NCBI RefSeq assembly: GCF_009914755.1
Contig: NC_060928.1
Length of the DNA: 64,000 nt
Source of the DNA: the human T2T-CHM13v2.0 reference genome, Homo sapiens
Strand: one strand, 5' to 3'
The position numbers and the translations under genes were made by a program. Positions 55,781 through 64,000 of the stretch are shown here, one piece after another. The notes beneath the pieces were generated by a model, which saw only the letters and a program-made list of their open reading frames with translations, was not told the DNA's origin and searched no databases. Numbering within the stretch: the stretch's first letter is position 1; each line of letters begins with the position of its first letter.

Positions 55781-57165
55781 CTACATATTTTGCATATATG
55801 GTCCATTTTAAAAGCAACTATTTTTTCCAGTTGAATATTAAGAAAAAGAGGTATAAGCTTTTGTTGCCTCCAGTTCACAGGAGAAGTACCAAATGACAGT
55901 TAAAATTTGTAAGTTATTCATCAATATTTAACAATTTAATATAGGGCATGAAATCCAAGGAACTTTTTTATTGTTATTAAAATGCTTATGTGGGTATCAG
56001 GAAAATCTTTTAGCAAATGCCACTCTCTATTTCAAGTGACATTTACAATCAAAATTACCTGATTTTTTTCTACCTACAATATTTATTTAAAACATTGGAA
56101 ATTATAACCTTGCTATTCAGTCCTCATCTTTCTGTTTCATAAGCTTAGTAATTTATCATACTTCAGAAAATTGGAATTTTACTTGTGACATATGAAGATT
56201 GATTTCTGAAGAGCAATCATTAAAATATTTCCCAAAGACATCTTATATATAATCATTAGATTTGCTGGACTTATTTTGTAGTAGCAAAGATATCATATAT
56301 ATTAAAAGGAGTGAAATAATGCCATATTTATTCTGCAAAAACATTTTCTTTAATAACACCAACAGGTAATGCTTATCCAAGAAATTGATAGGATTTCTAG
56401 TATGGACAAGTTAGCTTTTATGATAGTTGCTGCTTCATGAGATTGTAAAAGGAAAAATATATATGAGGAAGTAGCAGCATTACATTATAAGCATCAGGAA
56501 ATATTTTTGGAAGAAGTAGAGTTAAAAATAAATAGTATTCTCACAATTTAAATTAGTAGAGAGACCTTATAAGATAGGACAAAATGCAATAACACATTCA
56601 TGTAAATGTAGAATTGTGAGAATATTTAAGAAACAAAAATATCTTACTGGCTGAAATACAGTTAATCATTTACATTTGTTTTTCTCTGTTCTATCTGTTC
56701 TATCTTTCCCAGAGCAACCAATGTAAGCACTCTGTTGTATCAATATTATTGCCTGTTTTTGACTCAATTTTTCCCAATTTTGGGAAAGGAGGGCTGAGAA
56801 ATGAGAGGCTGGGGAGGTAAGTATGTTTATTTTTTGCTGATGGGCAATAGCTGATGAAATAATTCCTGAAATTGGCAGGAAATTCAGAACTGATAATTCT
56901 CAGGCCCTAGTCACCCGCCTTGTGATGATTCCTTTGTTGCATTGATAAGAGAAATAAATGACAAACAAGACTTAAACTTCGTGACTTGCGATTTTGAAAA
57001 ATGACGTATGAGTTGAGTCACATTATTGTATCAGCATTTATTATCTTTCAAGGTCCAAATAGTGACCAATGGCAATGATAGCTGGAGATGGCTGAGGTCT
57101 CTGAGGAAACCCACGAAATAGCAACCCTCTTTCCCACCTGGGTTCTATACAAAGTAAGAAATAAG

Positions 57166-57541
<376 letters not shown>

Positions 57542-59227
57542 TTAGAGGAGATGGAGTTTATGTTCAGGTAGTAGGTTTTCTAATACTGAATCCCAGACTT
57601 ATACAGAAGGGCACATACAAAGTCATGCTGGCCTGGCACAACCTCTCCACCTGGAAGGGCTGCAGCAGAGGGATAGAGTAAATCTCAACCTGCCTTTAGG
57701 TAAATTATTCCAGACAGAGAGGAGGAGCTGGACAGAGCATGCTCTATCCTTTCTTCTCAAATGTACCAATGACTTAAGGAATACCAAGTCCTCTGGGCAG
57801 AAAGGCCAAGAGAGTTAAACAAACGGAACTCTCTTCACATGAAATAAAATGCAAATGGGGAAAACACATTCCATCCCACAGATGCATTAAATATTTAAGC
57901 ACAATTAGTGGAGAAGGAAATTAGAGAACTTGCTGATCATCTTATTTCCCAGGCTCTGTAGTGAGTGTATTAAGTATAATTATTTAATTCCATTAAAACA
58001 TACAGGGTAATTAAAAAATCATTGTCTAATTATAGATGAAGAAGCTGAGAATGAGTGAAACTAAATTAATCCTCCAAAATCACATAGTGAATAAATTACT
58101 CTCCAGGTAAGATGGACGAGTTTTGTATAGCATGATTCCACCAAATGAATTCACATTTTAGCCTTTATTAAACAAATTCAAAATCTAGAATAGGAGTTCA
58201 CTCTTATTTTAGGCTTTCTTAGTGACATCATTTTAATATTCAGTGATAATCTATCAGTTTTAAAGCAAATTTGAACATTCAGTAATCAACATGGACAAAT
58301 TCAATAAATAATAGATACCTTTTCACATTTTCTTGAGAAATATATACTTGGCCATTAAACAAAAGGATGATTAATGCCTAGAGTCATGTTCTAGAAAAAT
58401 CTTGGTGATTTTTCATCAGAAATCAAGATGCTATAGAGAAATTAAGGACAAAGCATATTTCATGCTAGCAATAATTTTCAAAGTTAGTGATATGACCTTC
58501 TTTTTAATACCAAGTTTTAAATATATACTTTGATAAAGTCTAAAATTGTCTTATTCTAGTATTGATGCAGTTCAGGGACTTATTAGCAAAATTTCAAATT
58601 TGTGGTTGTATTAGCACCTTATTTGAAAGTTTTTTTCATCTACTCACATTCTGCTACTCTAATTACAGCTTTTATGCAGAGTATTGTGCTTTCTGCCATT
58701 GTCACTTGCATTTGCATCTAATTACAAGTATACATTTTAAAACATATTTATATTTCTTAAAATTAGATAGTAATTATCAAATAAGTGTTCTCCCTAGAGT
58801 TATTTTATAAACAATGTCTGACTTGGTATCAATGCAGTAAAATTAATATAAAATATTTTCTGAAATTTTATTTGATTAAATTTAATAAATAATGGTGTTA
58901 ACTGGAGTAATCATCAAATAAAAAACATGATATATTTACTTTTATGGTAAATGCATTTTGAAAACAGATAAATTTGAGGAAGGTTGGTAAAGTTGGATAT
59001 GTGAAATGTGATTGAAAATATGTTTTTTACTAGATTATAGTATGTAAAATATGTGCTTCTGAGAAGTTGGGCTTAATCTAACTTCAACATAGTATACAGA
59101 CACATCAGTAATATTTGATAAAGAAAGTTTATTTTTGATCAATTTATTTCTATAATATAACTTAAAAGATAAAATGGAGAAGACTTCCACTTCATCAAAT
59201 TGAATTGAATTCTCAGTTTTAATTTTA

Positions 59228-59450
<223 letters not shown>

Positions 59451-59481
59451 AATAGTTCTACTTTTTCTTTTCGGGTGTGCC

Positions 59482-59641
59482 TTTTTTAATTTTTATTTTA
59501 TTTTATTATTATTACAGTTTAAGTTTTAGGGTACATGTGCACAATGTGCAGGTTAGTTACATATGTATACATGTGCCATGCTGGTGTGCTGCACCCATTA
59601 ACTCATCATTTAGCATTAGGTATATCTCCTAATGCTATCCC
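59482..59641 (-). mobile_element. Young L1PA 3' end, about 160 bp
   Basis: 'aagttttagggtacatgtgcacaatgtgcaggttagttacatatgtatacatgtgccatgctgg'. Confidence 0.93.
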
Positions 59642-59796
59642 ATTGTATTTGTTTTGGTGATTTTTTGTTTTGTTTATTCACTCCTGTGTTTATTCTACAA
59701 AAGACTATATTTATAAAATTAGGTTTTCTTAATTTTAATTTTTTTCTGATTTTTGTGACTTCACTTGTTATTTTTTGTCCAATTCAGATTTATCAG

Positions 59797-60531
<735 letters not shown>

Positions 60532-61138
60532 TTATGTTCTTTATTATATTTTCAATGTCTTTCAGCTTACTTGAATTAGTACATTACAGTTGTAACCTGA
60601 ATAATGGGAAAGTCTTTCTTATATTCTTTCACCTTTGGTAAGAATATTATTATGATTCTTAAGATTGAATCTTAATACTTTTATATTGCTTTTTTATGAG
60701 AGTAGTCCAAAAATCTTTAAAAGGTTTGGTTTAGATGGCTTTTCTAGCTTCACAAATGTCTTCTTCTGTTGTTTTCATTTGACTTCCATGGTGCTTTGTT
60801 TTCTGAGATTTTCATACCTTATTCTCCTCCCCATTTTCATTTAGACCCTCTCTTTCCTTTACCTCTACTGTAACTATCTTACTTTACTGTGATTACTCCA
60901 CAGGAAGTCTCTCCCTAGTGTGAAAAACTGTCTTGGAAGATATATCTAGAAACTAAGTTTATAGGCACTTCCGTAATGCTCAGGAATTTACTGCAATAAT
61001 GAGAATAATAATGATGATAATAATAATAACTTGTACTTACCCACTAATGCAGTCTACAGAATTCCTGCCAATTTCACTCATTGCTCTTGAATTTGCTTGC
61101 CATGATTACTAGTGCCGCTTACTTGGCTATTTTGAGGT

Positions 61139-61184
<46 letters not shown>

Positions 61185-61249
61185 TCTTAGAGTTAGACTT
61201 TATTTTGTAGATCTGGTTTCAATTTGCTTTCTTTTTATTTTTTTCTCTT

Positions 61250-61370
61250 GACTTTTATTTTAGGTTCAGGGGGTATATTTTCAGGTTTCTTGCATGGGTA
61301 AGTTGCGTGTCACTGAGGGTTACTGTATGAATGACTACATCACCCAGGTAGTAAGCATAGTACCCACAGC
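61250..61370 (-). mobile_element. Older L1PA 3' end fragment
   Basis: 'ttttattttaggttcagggggta...catcacccaggtagtaagcatagtaccca'. Confidence 0.8.
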
Positions 61371-61532
61371 ATATGTAATGTAATGATACATATATTCATG
61401 CATACATATATAAATATATGTTACATATAATATATACTTCATTTTTATATGTAATTTTGATAGAAACCATATACATTTGGGGAATTGAATCATTGTAACA
61501 TCTAGTTTTGTGAATTTGCTTTGTTTAGAAAA

Positions 61533-61568
61533 TACCCTAGAACTTAAAGTATAATAATACAAAAAAAG
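61533..61568 (+). mobile_element. Ultra-short L1PA 3' tip
   Basis: 'taccctagaacttaaagtataataat' plus an A tail; possible TSD 'agaaaa'. Confidence 0.65.
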
Positions 61569-63535
61569 AAAAATCTTGTCTTCTATTAGTACAGATACCA
61601 AAATGCAGTATACATTCCTCTATAGGTTACCACAATGTCAGAGAATTGGAGATCAACAAATAACTCTGTCCATAATATTATCCTTTTTGAATCCTAAAAG
61701 TGTTTAATCTTAATAAAATAGGTAGATCAAAGTGAAGGAAGAATTCAAAGACATCATACTTATCATGTTTAAAAATCATTTATATGTAACAAATGAAATT
61801 TTGATGGCTGAAAGCTACCTCCTTTTATAACCTGCCTCTCAAAACTATTTTTTTAAGTTAACAGGTATCAGTATTTAAAAAGAAAAAGATATTCCTATAT
61901 TTGTGGCTTTGATATGATGAGACATTAACTTCATTCAGAAGTAGATTAATTCATCCAAAGAGAATTAGTCATTTCCATGAATAATTTGCTCAGGCTTCTT
62001 TTAAAGCCATTCAAGACATAAGTTTCCCTCTCTTATAATCTACCAAAATGAATATGTCTTAGGATTTAAAGCAAATATATCTTACTTTCATTAGTCAGAG
62101 ATGACACAAAGACATGCCATCTACTTACTTCTGTGTAGACTAATGAGTTTTATTTATTAAATAAGTAATCAATACTGCATATTAAATTCTGTTCAGCCTT
62201 TCTGGTGAAAATCAAGTAGTGCTGTTCAAATTATTTGGTCCTCTTTCTCTCAAAAAGTCATTTTCTCTAATAGAAAAGACTTGTATGAACACATATTTCT
62301 AGTGCTGACTATGAGATTATCATCATGAATAATATGGTATAGGATTTAGATACAGCCATAACTCAGAGATAATGTTTTTCTTCTATTTTGCAATTGATGA
62401 ATTGTAGCCTGAATTTTTTAGGTTAATGGCCAGTACATTAGTACCATAAACATTTCAATGTTATCCCGTTCATATTTTTAATCTACAAAATTGCCTATTA
62501 ATAATCATTTGTATCTTTCAGCAAAGTAATCAATGCTGGTTAATGTAATGTTAAAGTTGACATTAATCACTTTTTCGGAGACAGCATCTTTCTATCCCAG
62601 CTTAGAATTATAATTGTAATGTAATTCTTATTTAGTCAGCATATTAATATCAGCTTCTGTATCTATGGCATATTTAATTTTACTTTTCTTCCAAATAAGC
62701 TGAGAAAGCAATGTCTATAAATCCAATGCCTAAAAGCCACATCTGTTGAAATTACAAGTTGTTAAAGAAAAGCTTGGCTGGTCATGCAAATTAATCATGT
62801 ATAGAGAAGGTAAAGCGCACTGCATATGCACCTGCCAATAATTGCATAGCACTTGCTCATGGTCCACTTGTTATTTATGCACGGTTTCCTGTGCAATTTC
62901 AAATAACTTTCCAGCTCACACTACCTTTGTACATGAAAATTTATTGTAGGTGCAGCATTGTAGCCCATTGCAAAAGTTAGAAATAGAGAAAAAAAGAAAT
63001 AGTTAGAATGCTGGAGACAGATTTTCTTTTCCTGACACTGTCAGAATAGCCTATTTTGTGCTTTTCATTAACTTCCAAGAGAGATTTTTCTCATGAAGTA
63101 TAGAACTAATGATGCAGAGAAGCTTAAGTCTTTATTTAAAGGCCCATAGAGGCAATGAATCAAGATCTTTTAAATGACTGGTCTGATTTGTGTAATAAAA
63201 AGTAGTACATATTCCTGACATTCAGCAGAATCATTGTCTCAGAAGAAAACACTAAAAATATTTGTTACATGTAATTCAGTTAAAAAATAGCCAACACATA
63301 AGAGAAACACAATACACATATTTTCATAAATTTTTTTGATTTTAGGAGGACAGGTTTTCAAATGTTTAAAGAATTGATAGAATCGAAGTTAGAGTATACT
63401 TTTATAGATATAGAAGGCCTAATAGGGATTAATAAAAGAACGCTGCAGAGAGACAGATTGAGCCCAGTGTGAACAAGAATTCTTTACTTCTATTGCTGTA
63501 AGCCAGATTAGCTGCTGTCTTCCTTCATAAAAACA

Positions 63536-63877
<342 letters not shown>

Positions 63878-64000
63878 TTATAAATAATATGTACATGATT
63901 CCTGAGTTGGTGGAGGTAGATGGGATTATTGATCAGATCCAATTTGCTTTCCAGACTCTATGAGTTTTACATTGTCCATAAGGCAGAATCATTATATTCT

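Overview
This is primate (very likely human) AT-rich, CpG-poor DNA with no gene I can support. I found no host exon, RNA gene or CpG island. It is built from Alu (J, S, Y), L1, L2, MIR, MaLR/ERV-L LTRs, a decayed ERV-L pol/dUTPase relic, DNA-transposon fossils (MER5, MER53, MER44, MADE1) and microsatellites. The ORF-track entries I could assign are repeat-derived; the rest look like chance ORFs. The main signal not explained by repeat families is a cluster of short (24-270 bp) locally copied segments, 86-95% identical to donors 0.8-2.6 kb away, in both orientations. The best case is a three-piece patchwork at 46914-47314, assembled from three nearby donors. Others are an inverted copy at 12695-12840, a tandem triplication plus a copied block inside an LTR at 54321-54500, a 197 bp direct duplication (26593/28282) beside a fold-back hairpin, and a 50 bp L1 copy at 35519. 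They look like fossil template-switching or polymerase-theta-type repair scars. That mechanism is known, so I do not see a new protein-coding system. Repeat subfamily names are from recall, and identities were counted by hand.
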